Source of the DNA: Squalus acanthias
Lineage: Eukaryota
Assembly: GCA_030390025.1 (NCBI GenBank)
Contig: JASTWF010000322.1
Span: 434,001-498,000 of the forward strand
Length of the DNA stretch: 64,000 bases
Reading direction: 5' to 3'
The translations under genes were made by a program, and so were the position numbers. The notes under the pieces were generated by a model that was given only the letters and a program-made list of their open reading frames with translations, searched no databases and was not told where the DNA came from. Shown piece after piece: positions 1 through 13,649 of this stretch (the stretch's first letter is position 1; every line of letters begins with the position of its first letter).

Positions 1-1049
1 ATCTGTATCGCTTGCGGAAATTAGGCCGCTATTTGCAAAACTGTGAAATCTATTACAAGCGCACTGCCTCCTGAGGCTGTGACCTGACTAATAAAAGATT
101 TGTTTTAATATATGTACACACACACACACAAGAATTGCACGAACTAGATGAGAAAACAAACACCACAACAATTTGTATTTATACAGCGCCTTTAACATAG
201 TAAAACGTCCCAGGGCGCTTCACAGGAGCGATTATCAAACACAATTCGACACCGAGCCACATAAGGAGATATTAGGACAGGCGACCAAAAGCTTGGTCAA
301 AGAGGTCGGTTTTAAGGAGCGTCTTAAAGGAGGAGAGAGAGGCGGAGAGGTTTAGGGAGGGAATTCCAGAGTTCGGGGCCCCAGGCAGCTGAAGGCACGG
401 CCGCCAATGGTGGAGCGATGGAAATCGGGGTCGTGCAAGAGGCCAGAATCTCGGAGGGTTGTAGGAGGTTACAGAGATAGGGAGTGGGCGAGGGCCATGG
501 AGGGATTTGAACAGGAGGAGGAGAATTGTAGGGGCTGGAGGAGGTTACAGAGATAGGGAGGGGGCGAGGGCCATGGAGGGATTTGAACAGGAGGATGAGA
601 ATTGTAGGGCTGGAGGAGGTTACAGAGATAGGGAGGGAGCGAGGGCCATGGAGGGATTTGAACAGAAGGATGAGAATTTTGAAATCGAGGTGTTGCCGGA
701 CCAGGAGCCAGTGTAGGTCAGCGAGCACAGGGGGTGATGGGCGAACGGGACTCGGTGCGAGTTAGGACACGGGGGCAGCAGGAGTTTGGGATGACCTCAA
801 GTTTACGTAGGGTGGAATGTGGGAGGGCAGCTAGGAGAGCGTTGGAATAGTCAAGTCTAGAGGTAACAAACGCAGGGATGAGGGTTTCAGCAGCGGATGA
901 GCTGAGACAGGGGCGGAGACGGGCGATGTTACGGAGGTGGAAGTAACATAGAAACATAGAATCTAGGAGCAGGAGTAGGCCATTCGGCCCGTCGAGCCTG
1001 CACCACCATTCAATACGATCATGGCTGATCATTCAAATCCAGTACCCTG

Positions 1050-1325
1050 TCCCTGCTTTAATCCCCACAGTACACATATCCCACCCGACCCCCGTAACCC
1101 CACGTATTTAATTCCCCCTAACATATCCCATCCTATCCCCATAACCCCACATATTTAATGCCCCCCTAACACTAAGGGTCAATTTATCATAGCCAAATCA
1201 ACCTAACCCGCACATTTTTGGACAGTGGGAGGAAACCGGAGCACCCGGAGGAAACCCACGCAGACACGGGGAGAATGTGCAAACTCCACACAGACAGTCA
1301 CCCGAGGTCAGATTCGAACCCGGAG
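1050..1325 (-). mobile_element. V-SINE (HE1-like) fragment
   Basis: Reverse complement contains GGTTCGAATC and GTGTGGAGTTTGCACATTCTCCCCGTGTCTGCGTGGGTTTCCTCCGG. Confidence 0.75.
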
Positions 1326-1949
1326 ACGGTCTTTGTGACGGAGCGGAGATGTGGTCGGAAGCACATTTCAGGGTCAAATATGACACCAAGGTTGCGAACA
1401 GTGTGGTTCAGCCTCAGACAGATGTTAGGGAGAGGGATGGAGTCGGTGGCTCGGGAACGGAGTTTGTGGCGGGGACCGAAAACAACAGCTTCGGTCTTCC
1501 CAATATTTAACTGGAGAACATTTCTGCTCATCCAGAACTGGATGTCGGACAAGCAGTCGGACAATTTAGAGATCGTGGAGGGGTCGAGAGAAGAGGTAGT
1601 GAGGAAGAGCTGGGTGTCGTCAGCGTACATGTGGAAACTGAGGCTGTGTTTTCGGATGAGGTCGCCGAGGGGCAACATGTCGATGAGAAATAGGAGGGGG
1701 CCAAGGATAGATCCTTGGGGGACACCAGAGGTAACGATGCGGGAGTGGGAAGAGAAGCCGTTGCAGGTGATTCTCTGGCTACGATTCGATCGATGAGAAT
1801 GGAACCAGGCGAGTGCAGTCCCACCCAGCTGGACGACAGTGGAGAGGCGTTGGAGGAGGATGGAGTGGTCAACCGTGTCAAAGACTGCAGACAAGTCAAG
1901 AAGGATGAGGAGGAATAGTTTACCTTTGTCACAGTCACAAAGGATGTCT

Positions 1950-3516
1950 TGTCTTCTTCTTAGGCAGTCCCTCGGAACCGAGGATGATTTGCTTCCACAT
2001 TAAAAATGAGTTCTCAGGTGACTGATGAGTCCAATGCGGGACCGACAGTCTCTGTCACAGGTGGGGCAGACGGTGGTTGAAGGGGTGGGTGGGGTGCTTG
2101 GGTTGACGTGCGCTCCTTGCGCTGTTTGCGCTTGGCTTCCGCTTGCTCCCGGCGAAGAGACTCGAGGTGTTCGGCCCCTTCCCAGATGCTTCTCCTCCAC
2201 TTTGCGCTACGGTCTTGGGCCAGGGATTCCCAGGTGTCGGTGGGGATGTTACTCTTTTTCAAGGAGGCTTTGAGGGTGTCCTTGAAGAGTTTCCTCTGCC
2301 CACCTGGGGCTCTCTTGCCGTGCCTTAGCTCCGAGTAGAGCGCTTGCTTTGGGAGTCTCGTATCGGGCATGCGGACGATGTGGCCCGTCCATCGGAGCTG
2401 ATCGAGCGTGGTCAAAGCTTCGATGCTGTGCGAGAACACTGACGTTGGTGCGCCTATCCTGCCAATGGATTTGCAGGATCTTGCGGAGGCAGCGTTGGTG
2501 GTACCTCTCCAGTGCTTTGAGGTGCCTGCTGTACATGGTCCATGTCTCTGAGGCAGACAGCAGGGCGGGTATCACGACTGCTCTGTAGACCATGAGCTTG
2601 GTGCTGGGTTTGAGGTCCTGGTCTTCAAACACTCTCTTCCTCAGGCGACCGAAGGCTGCACTGGCACACTGAAGGCGGTGTTGGACTTCGTCATCGATGT
2701 CTGCCCTTGTTGACAGTAGGCTCCCGAGGTATGGAAAGTGGTCCACGTTGTCCAAGGCCTTGTCAAGGATTTTGATAATCGGGGGGCAGTACTGTGTGGC
2801 GGGGGCAGGTTGGTAGAGGACCTTTGTCTTACGGATGGTTACATAGAAGCATAGAAGATAGGAGCAGGAGTAGGCCATTCGGCCCCTCGAGCCTGCTCCG
2901 CCATTCAATGAGATCATGGCTGATCATCCAAATTCAGTACCCTGTCCCTGCTTTCTCCCCATATCCCTTGATCCCTTTAGCCTTAAGAAATATATCCAAC
3001 TCCTTCTTGAATCTATTTAATGAATTGGCCTCTACTGCCTTCTGTGGTAGAGAATTCCACAGGTTCACCACTCTCTGGGTGAAGAAATTCCTCCTCATCT
3101 CAGTCCTAAATGGCTTACCCCTTATCCTTAGACTGTGACCCCTGGTTCTGGACTCCCCTGCCATCGGGAACATCCTTCCTGCATCTAGTCTGTCTAGTCC
3201 TGTTAGAATTTTATAAGTTTCAATGAGATCCCCTCTCATTCTTCTAAACTCCAGCGAGTATAAGCCCAATCGACCCAATCTCTCTTCATACGTCATTCCT
3301 GCCATCCCAGGTATCAGTCTGGTGAATCTTCACTGCACTCCCTCCATGGCAAGAACATCCTTCCTCAGATAAGGCGACCAAAACTGCACACAATTAGTGG
3401 AAGGCCCGTGCTCTCGTACGCTTCGGTGAAGGTGTTGACGATGGTTTGGAGTTCGACCTCCGAGCGAGCGCAGACGCAAGCATCGTCTGCATACTGTAAT
3501 TCGAGGACAGAGGACA
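1950..3516 (-). mobile_element. RTE-clade LINE 3' fragment, interrupted by a CR1 fragment (about 2838-3395)
   Basis: LQYADD, FPYLGS, HQRCLRKILQIHWQDR, QLRWTGHIVRM, CPTC...HLRTH. Confidence 0.85.
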
Positions 3517-3782
3517 TTTGGGACTTTGACGAGAGCCGTTTCGGTACTGCGGCAAGGGCGGAAACCTGATTGGAGGGATTCAAATTGCGGGAAAGATGGG
3601 CACGGATTTGGGAGGCGACAACACGTTCAAGGACTTTGGAGAGGAAAGGGAGGTTGGTGATGGGGTGTTAGTTTGCAAGGACGGAGGGGTCAAGGGTTGT
3701 TTTTTTGAGGAGAGGGGTGATGACGACAGATTTGAGGGAGAGGGGGACAGTACCTGAGGAGAGAGAACCGTTAACAATGTCA

Positions 3783-4776
3783 GTTATTCACAATATATAT
3801 TAATGATCTAGACGAGGGAACTAGATGTAATATCTCCAAGTTTGCAGACGACACAAAGCTGGGTGGGCGTGTGTGCTGCGAGGAGGATGCCGAGAAACTC
3901 CAGTATGATTTGGACAGGTTGGGTGATTGGGCAGAAGCGTGGCAGATGCAATATAATGTGGATAAATGCGAGGTTATCCACTTTGGTGGCAAAAACAGAA
4001 AGGCAGACTATTATCTGAACGGCAATAGATTGGGAGAAGGGGAAGTGCAATGAGACCTGGGTGTCCTTGTGCACCAGTCGCTGAAGGTAAGCATGCAAGT
4101 GCAGCAGGCGGTTAAGAAGGCAAATGGTATGTTGGCCTTCGTAGCGAGAGGGTTTGAGTACAGGAGCAAGGATGTCTTGCTGTAGTTGTACAGGGACTTG
4201 GTGAGACCACACCTTGAGTACTGTGTGCAGTTTTGGTCGCCTTATCTGAGGAAGGATGTTCTTGCCATGGAGGGTGTGCAGTGAAGATTCACCAGACTGA
4301 TACCTGGGATGGCAGGTATGATGTACGAGGAGAGATTGGGTCGATTGGGCTTGTATTCGCTGGAGTTTAGAAGAATGAGAGGAGATCTCATTGAAACTTA
4401 TAAAATTCTAACAGGACTAGACAGACTAGATGCAGGAAGGATGTTCCTGATGGTCGGGGAGTCCAGAACCAGGGGTCACAGTCTAAGGATAAGGGGTAAG
4501 CCATTTCGGACTGAGATGAGGAGGAATTTCTTCACCCAGAGAGTGGTGAACCTGTGGAATTCTCTACCACAGAAGGCAGTAGAGGCCAATTCATTAAATA
4601 GATTCAAGAAGGAGTTGGATATATTTCTTAAGGCTAAAGGGATCAAGGGATATGGGGAGAAAGCAGGGACAGGGTACTGAATTTGGATGATCAGCCATGA
4701 TCGCATTGAATGGCGGAGCAGGCTCGAGGGGCCGAATGGCCTACTCCTGCTCCTATCTTCTATGTTTCTATGTTTC
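3783..4776 (+). mobile_element. CR1 3' fragment
   Basis: FADDTKL...[11 protein letters not shown]...RNFFTQRVVNLWNSLP and TTCTATG tail. Confidence 0.9.
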
Positions 4777-6105
4777 TAACATGGGAGTCAGAAATGGAAG
4801 TTGGGTGGTCAGCAGTTTGATGGGAATAGGGCCGAGGGAGCAGGAGGTGGGTCTCATGGACAAGATGAGCGCGGAGAGATCATGAGGGGAGATCGGAGAG
4901 AAACTGTAGAAAGATATGAGTTCAGGGCTAGGACAGGGGGGACCTTTAGAGGAAGTTTGGCCCAGTGGGCTAGGGGAAGGAAGGGAAGTGGCAGAGGCAG
5001 CTGAACGATGGTCTCAATCTCAGAGACAAAGAAGTCCATGAGCTCCTCGCACTTGTTGTCGGAGGTGAGGGTGGAGGAGACGGGGAGAGGGGTTTAAGAA
5101 GACGGTTAGCAGTAGAGAATAGAAGCCAGGGTTTATCTTTGCATTCCAGAATGATTCTGGAACAGTGAGCAATTTTGGCAGACGAGAGCAGGACCCGATA
5201 ATGCTTTATGTGGTCCAGCCAGATCTGGCGGTGAATGGCTAAACCAGTTGTCCGCTATATCCGTTCGAGTCTGCGTCCCTTGGACTTAAGGGGGCAAAGA
5301 TGAGGGCCGTACCAGGGGGAGCGGCCAGGGTGAGAGAGGGTAATTGTTTTAGTCGGGACTGGGGCATTGAGGGTGTGGTTGAGCAGATGGGTAGCTGCAG
5401 AAACGTCATGGTGAATGGAGGGCCACAGGCTGGACAGTTGGGATTTCGTAAGTGCAGTTGTAAGGGAGTCGGGAGAGAGTTTTTTCCCAGAGGCGGACAC
5501 AGAAGGAAGTAGGGTTGTGGAGGGAGGTGGGTGGAAGGGGGATGCGGGTGGAGAGCGATACGAGGAAGTGGTCAGAGACGGCCTTATCTGCAATTGACAC
5601 GATGGGAGTAGCGAGGCCACGAGAGATGGCAAGGTCGAGGGGGTGGCCGTGAATATGGGTTGGGGAGTTCACAAGGAGGGAGAGACTCAGGGAGGATAGT
5701 GAACTCGGAGGAGAGAAGATAGTTGAATTGAGATGAAGGTTGAAATCACTGAGGATGAGAAGTCGTTCGGTGCAGAGGCTGAGGGAGGAGAGCAGTGAAG
5801 ATATCTCAGTAATAAAACTTTTATTGTACTTGTGTTGGCGGTAGAGAATGAGAATTTTCAATGAGAGGTGAGAGGGGTGGAATAAGGTGAAATGCTCAAA
5901 GGAGGAGAAAGTGTCGGAGGAGTAGGGGGACAGACCAAGGTGTGATTTGGTGATGAGAGCCACACCGCCAGCACAGCGCTCTGAGCGGGGCAAGTGGTGG
6001 AAGGTGTAGCCAGGCGGGGAGGCTTCACTTCAGGGTACGGTGTCATCACCCCTCAACCGAGTTTTCGTCAGGGCCACGATGTCGATGCGGTCATCCCCAA
6101 TAAGC

Positions 6106-6525
6106 ATCGCTCCCTCAGTACTGGGACCGGGGAGTGTGGGCCTGGATTATGGAGCTCGAGTCCTAGAGTATATACATCTACCTCCGACAGTGCAGCGCTC
6201 CCTCAGTACTGGGACCGGGGAGTGTGGGCCTGGATTATGGAGCTCGAGTCCTAGAGTATATACATCTACCTCCGACAGTGCAGCGCTTCCTCAGTACTGG
6301 CACCGGGGAGTGTGGGCCTGGATTATGGGGCTCGAATCCTAGAGTATATACATCTACCTCCGACAGTGCAGCGCTTCCTCAGTACTGGCACCGGGGAGTG
6401 TGGGCCTGGATTATGGGGCTCGAATCCTAGAGTATATACATCTACCTCCGACAGTGCAGCGCTCCCTCAGTACTGGCACCGGGGAGTGTGGGCCTGGATT
6501 ATGGAGCTCGAGTCCTAGAGTATAT
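6106..6525. repeat. 88-bp SINE-derived tandem array (a further array at 9785-10050 lies beyond the CR1 insertion)
   Basis: Unit TACATCTACCTCCGACAGTGCAGCGCTCCCTCAGTACTGGCACCGGGGAGTGTGGGCCTGGATTATGGGGCTCGAGTCCTAGAGTATA. Confidence 0.95.
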
Positions 6526-9500
6526 AAGAACATAAGAACATAAGAAATAGGAGCAGGAGTAGGCCAATCGGCCCTCCGAGCCTGCTCCGCCATTCAATAA
6601 GATCATGGCTGATCTGATCCTCACCTCAAATCTAAAGAACACAAGAAGTAGGAGCAGGACCCGGCCACTCAGCCCCTGGGCCCGCTACGCCACCCACAGG
6701 GCCTCGACCGATCCGAACTCAGCCTCATGTCCAATTTCCTGCCCGCTCCCCGTAACCCCTAATTCCCTTTACTTCTAGGAAACTGTCTATTTCTGTTTTA
6801 AATTTATTTAATGATGTAGCTTCCACAGCTTCCTGGGGCAGCAAATTCCACAGACCTACTACCCTCTGAGTGAAGAAGTTTCTCCTCATCTCAGTTTTGA
6901 AAGAGCAGCCCCTTATTCTAAGATTATGCCCCCTAGTTCTAGTTTCACCCATCCTTGGGAACATCCTTACCGCATCCACCCGATCAAGCCCCTTCACAAT
7001 CTTATATGTTTCAATAAGATCGCCTCTCATTCTTCTGAACTCCAATGAGTAGAGTCCCAATCTACTCAACCTCTCCTCATATGTCCACCCCCTCATCCCG
7101 GGGATTAACCGAGTGAACCTTCTTTGTACTGCCTCGAGAGCAAGTATGTCTTTTCTTAAGTATGGACACCAAAACTGTATGCAGTATTCCAGATGCGGTC
7201 TCACCAATACCTTATATAACTGCAGCAATACCTCCCTGTTTTTATAATCTATCCCCCTAGCAATAAAAGCCAACATTCCGTTGGCCTTCTTGATCACCTG
7301 CTGCACCTGCATACTAACTTTTTGATTTTCTTGCACTAGGACCCCCAGATCCCTTTGTACTGCAGTACTTTCCAGTTTCTCGCCATTAAGATAATAACTT
7401 GCTCTCTGATTTTTCCTGCCAAAGTGCATAACCTCACATTTTCCAATATTGTATTACATCTGCCAAATCTCTGCCCACTCACCCAGCTTGTCTATATCCC
7501 CTTGTAGGTTTTTTATGTCCTCCTCACTTTCTACTTTCCCTCCCATCTTTGTATCATCTGCAAACTTTGATATGTTACACTCGGTCCCCTCCTCCAAATC
7601 GTTAATATAGATTGTAAAGAGTTGGGGACCCAGCACCGACCCCTGCGGAACACCACTGGCTACTGGTTGCCAGTCCGAGAATGAACCATTTATCCCAACT
7701 CTCTGCTTCCTGTTAGATAACCAATCCTCCACCCATGCCAGAATATTACCCCCAATCCAGTGATTTTTTATCTTGAGCAATAATCTTTTATGTGGCACCT
7801 TGTCGAATGCCTTCTGGAAGTCTAAATACACTACGTCCATTGGTTCCCCTTTATCCACCCTGTACGTTATGTCCTCAAAGAACTCAAGCAAATTTGTCAG
7901 ACATGATTTCCCCTTCATAAAGCCATGCTGACTTTGTCCTATCAAATTATGTTTATCTAAATGTTCCGTTACTGTCTCCTTAATAATAGACTCCAAAATT
8001 TTACCCACCACTAACTGGTCTATAATTTCCAGCTTTCTGCCTACTACCCTTTTTAAATAAGGGTGTTACATTAGCAGTTTTCCAATCTGCCGGGACCTTT
8101 GCTGATTCCAGGGAATTTTGGAAAATTATTACCAAAGCATCCACAATCCCTATTGCCACTTCCCTCAAGACCCTAGGATGTAAGCCATCAGGTCCAGGGG
8201 ATTTATCCGCCTTGAGTCCCATTATTTTACTGAGTACCAATTCCTTAGTGATTTTAATCGTATTTAGCTCCTCCCCCCCAGAGCCCCCTGTTTGTCCAGT
8301 GTTGGGATATTCTTAGTGTCCTCTACCGTAAAGACTGAAACAAAATATTTGTTCAGCATTTTTGCCATCTCCATGTTTCCCACCATTAATTTCCCGGTCT
8401 CATCCTCTAAGGGACCTACGTTTGCCTTAGCCACCCTTTTTCTTTTTATATAACTATAGAAACTCTTGCTATCTGTTTTTATATTTTTTGCTAATTTATT
8501 TTCATAATCTATCTTCCCTTTCTTAATCAATCCTTTAGTTACTTTTTGCTGTCTTTTGAAGACTTCCCAATCTTCTATCCTCCCACTAAGTTTGGCTACC
8601 TTATATGTCCTTGTTTTTAGTTGGATACTATCCTTAATTTCTTTACTTAGCCACGGATGGCTGTCATTTCTTTTACACCCTTTTTTCCTCAGTGGAATAT
8701 ATTTATTTTGAAAGTTGTAAAATAACTCCTTAAATGAACACCACTGCTCATGTACCGTCTTACCCTTTAATCTATTTTCCCAGTCCACTTTAATCAATTC
8801 CGCTCTCATACCATCATAGTCTCCTTTATTCAAGCTCAGTACGCTTGTCTGAGAACCAACCTTCTCCCCCTCTAATTGGATATGGAATTCAACCATGTTA
8901 TGGTCACTCATTCCAAGGGGATCCTTAACTAGGACATTATTAATTAATCCTGACTCATTACACAGGACCAGGTCCAAGGTTGCTTGCCCCCTTGTAGGAT
9001 CAGTTACATACTGCTCAAGAAATCCATCCCTAATACACTCAATAAACTCTTCCTCAAGGCTGCCCTGCCCAATTTGATTTGTCCAGTTAATATGATAGTT
9101 AAAATCCCCCATAATTATAGCTGTTCCCTTATTACATCCGCCAACTATTTCCTGATTAATACTTCTTCCAGCAGAGTTGCAACTATTAGGAGGCCTATAT
9201 ACTACTCCCACTAGTGTTTTTTCCCTTTATTATTCCTTATCTCCACCCAAACTGTTTCATTATCCTGATCCTTTGACCCAATATAATTTCTCTGTAATAC
9301 AGTGATTCCTTCCTTTATTAACATAGCTACCCCACCTCCTCTTCCTTCCTGTCTGTCCTTCCTGATTGTTAAATACCCTGGCATATTTAATTCCCAGTCG
9401 TTGTCACCCTGCAGCCATGTTTCTGTAATGGCCACAAGATCATACCCATACGTAGTTATTTGTACCGTCAATTCGTCTATTTTGTTACGAATGCTGCGTA

Positions 9501-9775
9501 CATTCAGATAAAGAACTTTTAAATATGTTTTGTGACAATTTATTCCTGCTTTTACCCCCTTTACTACTTTACCTTTATCTTTATATATTCTGTCCCTTCC
9601 TGACACGCTTTGGTTTTTAATTACCCCACTGCTACTTTGCTCTATTGCCTTCTCCGCTGACATTTTTATTTTTTGCTCTCTTGAAACCTCCCCCCCACTA
9701 ATTAGTTTAAAGCCCTCTCTACAGTCCTAGTTATTCGATTCGCCAGGACTCTAGTCCCAGCACTGGCCAAATGAA
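6526..9775 (-). mobile_element. CR1-clade LINE, most of ORF2 (APE endonuclease plus RT) with frameshifts and a deletion
   Basis: [59 protein letters not shown]-type tail. Confidence 0.95.
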
Positions 9776-10139
9776 GTCCGTATATATATATATACATCTA
9801 CCTCCGACAGTGCAGCGCTCCCTCAGTACTGGCACCGGGGAGTGTGGGCCTGGATTATGGGGCTCGAGTCCCAGAGTATATACATCTACCTCCGACAGTG
9901 CAGCGCTCCCTCAGTACTGGCACCGGGGAGTGTGGGCCTGGATTATGGGGCTCCAGTCCTAGAGTATATACATCTACCTCCGACAGTGCAGCACTCCCTC
10001 AGTACTGGCACCGGGGAGTGTGGGCCTGGATTATGTGGCTCGAGTCCCTGGAGCGGGAATATGAGAGAGAGATATCAGGAATAGTTGAGAGAGAGAGAGA
10101 GCGAGAGGAGGTATGAGAGAGAAAGCAAGAGCAGTATGT

Positions 10140-10561
10140 GATAGAGGAAGAACGGTCGAGCGCAAGTGGAGATGAGATTGTTTAAATCGAGGGGGAGGAG
10201 ACTGTAGCAGGGAAGAGGATTTCGGAAGCGTGTTGGAGCAGAGACACCTAGAGTGTGTTCAGCAGCACAGCGAGAGAGGGCGTGGAGTAGCCTGCGTGCC
10301 AACTCTCCTCCCCTGTCCGGCCCAGTGATCTGGTTCGCGGCCTGCTGCCGTCAATCACTGGGACTTGCAAGGAGGGAGTGTTTGTTTTGCGGGGTTTGAA
10401 GAACAGAAAGTGAAAGGAGAGAGCGAGAGAGACACAGACAGAGGCTGAGGGAGGAGGGGGAGGAACGCAAGGGCTCGGGGGCAGTGGAGTGAGCGATGGT
10501 GAGAGAGAGCTCGTGAGGGGAAGAGAGAGAGAGAGGGAGCGAGACAGACTCTCGGAGGAAG
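10140..10561 (+). other. Possible non-coding 5' exon of the multi-LOTUS gene
   Basis: Unique CpG-containing segment ending in a strong AAG|GTATGT donor; exon A begins with an acceptor, so an upstream exon is required. Start coordinate is a guess. Confidence 0.3.
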
Positions 10562-10659
10562 GTATGTGTTGGTAAAGTTCCTTAACACGTAACAAGTACC
10601 AGTCACACCTCAAAGATTCCTTATGGTTTACAAATCAATCTCCACCCTCGTACTCCAGT

Positions 10660-11718
10660 GACTTGAGCTCCATAATCCAGGCCCACACTCCCCGGTGCCA
10701 GTACTGAGGGAGCGCTGCACTGTCAGAGGTAGATGTATATACTCTCGGACTCGAGCCCCATAATCCAGGCCCACACTCCCCGGTGCCAGTACTGAGGGAG
10801 AGCTGCACTGTCGGAGGTAGATGTATATACTCTCGGACTCGAGCTCCATAATCCAGGCCCACACTCCCCGGTGCCAGTACTGAGGGAGTGCTGCAATGTC
10901 GGAGGTAGATGTATATACTCTCGGACTCGAGCCCCATAATCCAGGCCCACACTCCCCGGTGCCAGTACTGAGGGAGTGCTGCACTGTCGGAGGTAGATGT
11001 ATATACTCTAGGACTCGAGCTCCATAATCCAGGCCCACACTCCCCGGTGCCAGTACTGAGGGAGAGCTGCACTGTCGGAGGTAGGTATATATACTCTAGG
11101 ACTCGAGCTCCATAATCCAGGCCCACACTCCCCGGTGTCAGTACTGAGGGAGCGCTGCACTGTCGGAGGTAGATGTATATACTCTAGGACTCGAGCTCCA
11201 TAATCCAGGCCCACACTCCCCGGTGCCGGTACTGAGGGAGCGCTGCACTGTCGGAGGTAGATGTATATACTCTAGGACTCGAGCCCCATAATCCAGGACC
11301 ACTCTCCCCGAGGTCAGTACTGAGGGAGCGCTGCACTGTCGGAGGTAGATGTATATACTCTAGGACTCGAGCTCCATAATCCAGGCCCACACTCCCCGGT
11401 GCCAGTACTGAGGGAGTGCTGCACTGTCGGAGGTAGATGTATATACTCTAGGACTCGAGCCCCATAATCCAGGCCCACACTCCCCGGTGCCAGTACTGAG
11501 GGAGTGCTGCACTGTCGGAGGTAGATGTATATACTCTAGGACTCGAGCTCCATAATCCAGGCCCACACTCCCCGGTGCCAGTACTGAGGGAGCGCTGCAC
11601 TGTCGGAGGTAAATGTATATACTCTAGGACTCGAGCCCCATAATCCAGGCCCACACTCCCCGGTGCCAGTACTGAGGGAGCGCTGCACTGTCGGAGGTAG
11701 ATGTATATACTCTAGTAC
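10660..11718. repeat. 88-bp array, opposite orientation to 6106-6525
   Basis: About 12 units. Confidence 0.95.
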
Positions 11719-12244
11719 TTGAGTCATTTTCACATTGCTGTTTGTGGGAGCTTGCTGTGCGCAAATTGGCTGCCCCGTTTCCTGCATTGCAACATTTCAA
11801 AAAGTACGGTGTGGGCTAATCTGGTGCTTTGCAACATCCTGAGATTGTGAAAGCGCACGATGGAAATGTAAATCTGTCTTCCCCCCACCCTCCCTCAGTC
11901 TGTCAGCCCTTTATACACAATCCCAAACGTCCCATCCTTAGACGCGTTAAAACAGGGCCCTTTCCCGTCAGAACCCCACTAGCGGGCCCTACGGAGATGT
12001 GAGAGAACAACAGACCCTCAAGGGTCGGGGAGGGAGATTGCCAGTGGTCTCTTCCTCAGAGAGATGTAGGCTTGGAGAAATGCCTGAAAGAAGGAGAGAG
12101 AGAGAGAGAGGCGGAGAGGTTGAGGGCGGGAATTCCAGAGCTCAGGGCCCCAGGCAGCTGAAGGCACGGCCGCCAATGGTGGAGCGATGGAAATCGGGGG
12201 ATGCTCAAGAGGCCAGAATTGGAGGAGCGCAGAGATCTCGGAGG

Positions 12245-13170
12245 GTTGTAGGGCTGGGGGAGGTTACAGAGATAGGGAGGGGGCGAGGGCCATGGAGGGA
12301 TTTGAACAGGAGGATGAGAATTGTAGGGCTGGAGGAGGTTACAGAGATAGGGAGGGGGCGAGGGCCATGGGGGGATTTGAACAGGAGGATGAGAATTGTA
12401 GGGGCTGGAGGAGGTTACAGAGATAGGGAGGGGGCGAGGGGCCATGGAGGGATTTGAACAGGAGGATGAGAATTGTAGGGGCGGGAGGAGGTTACAGAGA
12501 TAGGGAGGGGGCGAGGGCCATGGAGGGATTTGAACAGGAGGATGAGAATTGTAGGGGCGGGAGGAGGTTACAGAGATAGGGAGGGGGCGAGGGCCATGGA
12601 GGGATTTGAACAGGAGGATGAGAATTGTAGGGGCTGGAGGAGGTTACAGAGATAGGGAGGGGGCGAGGGGCCATGGAGGGATTTGAACAGGAGGATGAGT
12701 ATTGTAGGGCTGGAGGACGTTACAGAGATAGGGAGGGGGGCGAGGGCCATGGAGGGATTTGAACAGGAGGATGAGAATTGTAGGGGCTGGAGGAGGTTAC
12801 AGAGATAGGGAGGGGGCGAGGGCTATGGAGGGATTTGAACAGGAGGATGAGAATTGTAGGGGCTGGAGGAGGTTACAGAGATAGGGAGGGGGCGAGGGCC
12901 ATGGAGGGATTTGAACAGGAGGATGAGAATTGTAGGGGCTGGAGGAGGTTACAGAGATAGGGAGGGGGCGAGGGGCCATGGAGGGATTTGAACAGGAGGA
13001 TGAGAATTGTAGGGCTGGAGGAGGTTAAAGAGATAGGGAGGGGGTGAGGGCCATGGAAGGATTTGAACAGGAGGATGAGAATTGTCGGGCTGGAGGAGGT
13101 TACAGAGATAGGGAGGGGGCGAGGGCCATGGAGGGATTTGAACAGGAGGATGAGAATTGTAGGGCAGTAG
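12245..13170. repeat. 75-77 bp tandem array amplified inside an L2 3' region (also 465-680, 36285-37165, 52195-52425)
   Basis: Unit GGAGGAGGTTACAGAGATAGGGAGGGGGCGAGGGCCATGGAGGGATTTGAACAGGAGGATGAGAATTGTAGGGCT; a single copy occurs in the L2 at about 57260-57335. Confidence 0.93.
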
Positions 13171-13649
13171 GAGGTTTTGTGAGCCTGTGTGTTTTTTTAA
13201 TTCGTTTATGGGATGTGGGCGTCGCTGGCAAGGCCGGCATTTATTGCCCATCCCTAATTGCCCTTGAGAAGGTGGTGGTGAGCCGCCTTCTTGAACCGCT
13301 GCAGTGAGCGGCCTGTTACAACTGAGTGTCTCGCTGGGTCATTTCAGAGGGGCAGTTAAGAATCAACCACATTGCTGTGAGTCTGACAGTCACATATAGG
13401 CCAGACCGGGTAAGGGCGATAGATTTCCTTCCCTAAAGGACATTCGTGAACCAGATGGGTTTTTACGACAATCTGATAGTTTCATGGTCACCATGACTGA
13501 TACTAGCTTTTTATTCCAGATTTATTTAATTCACTGAATTTAAAATTCCCCAGCTGCCGTGGTGGAATTTGAACTCGGGTCTTTGGATCATTAGTCCAGG
13601 CCTCTGAATTACTAGTCCAGTGACTTAACCATTATGCTACCATTTGCAA

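Larger units (their letters stand above)
170..6050 (-). mobile_element. L2-clade LINE broken by nested RTE, CR1 and SINE insertions
   Basis: L2 pieces at about 170-945, 1325-1945 (VPQGSILGP, YADD), 3525-3783 and 4777-6050 (endonuclease SDFN/SDH), collinear on the minus strand. Confidence 0.85.

Noticed and set aside
6725..9663. Active autonomous CR1
   Set aside because: ORF2 is split over five ORFs with frameshifts and a small deletion, and no ORF1 is seen.
10628..11787. Many 68-aa MGLDYGARVLEYIHLPP ORFs here and in other arrays
   Set aside because: Translation by-products of the 88-bp unit, whose length is not a multiple of 3.
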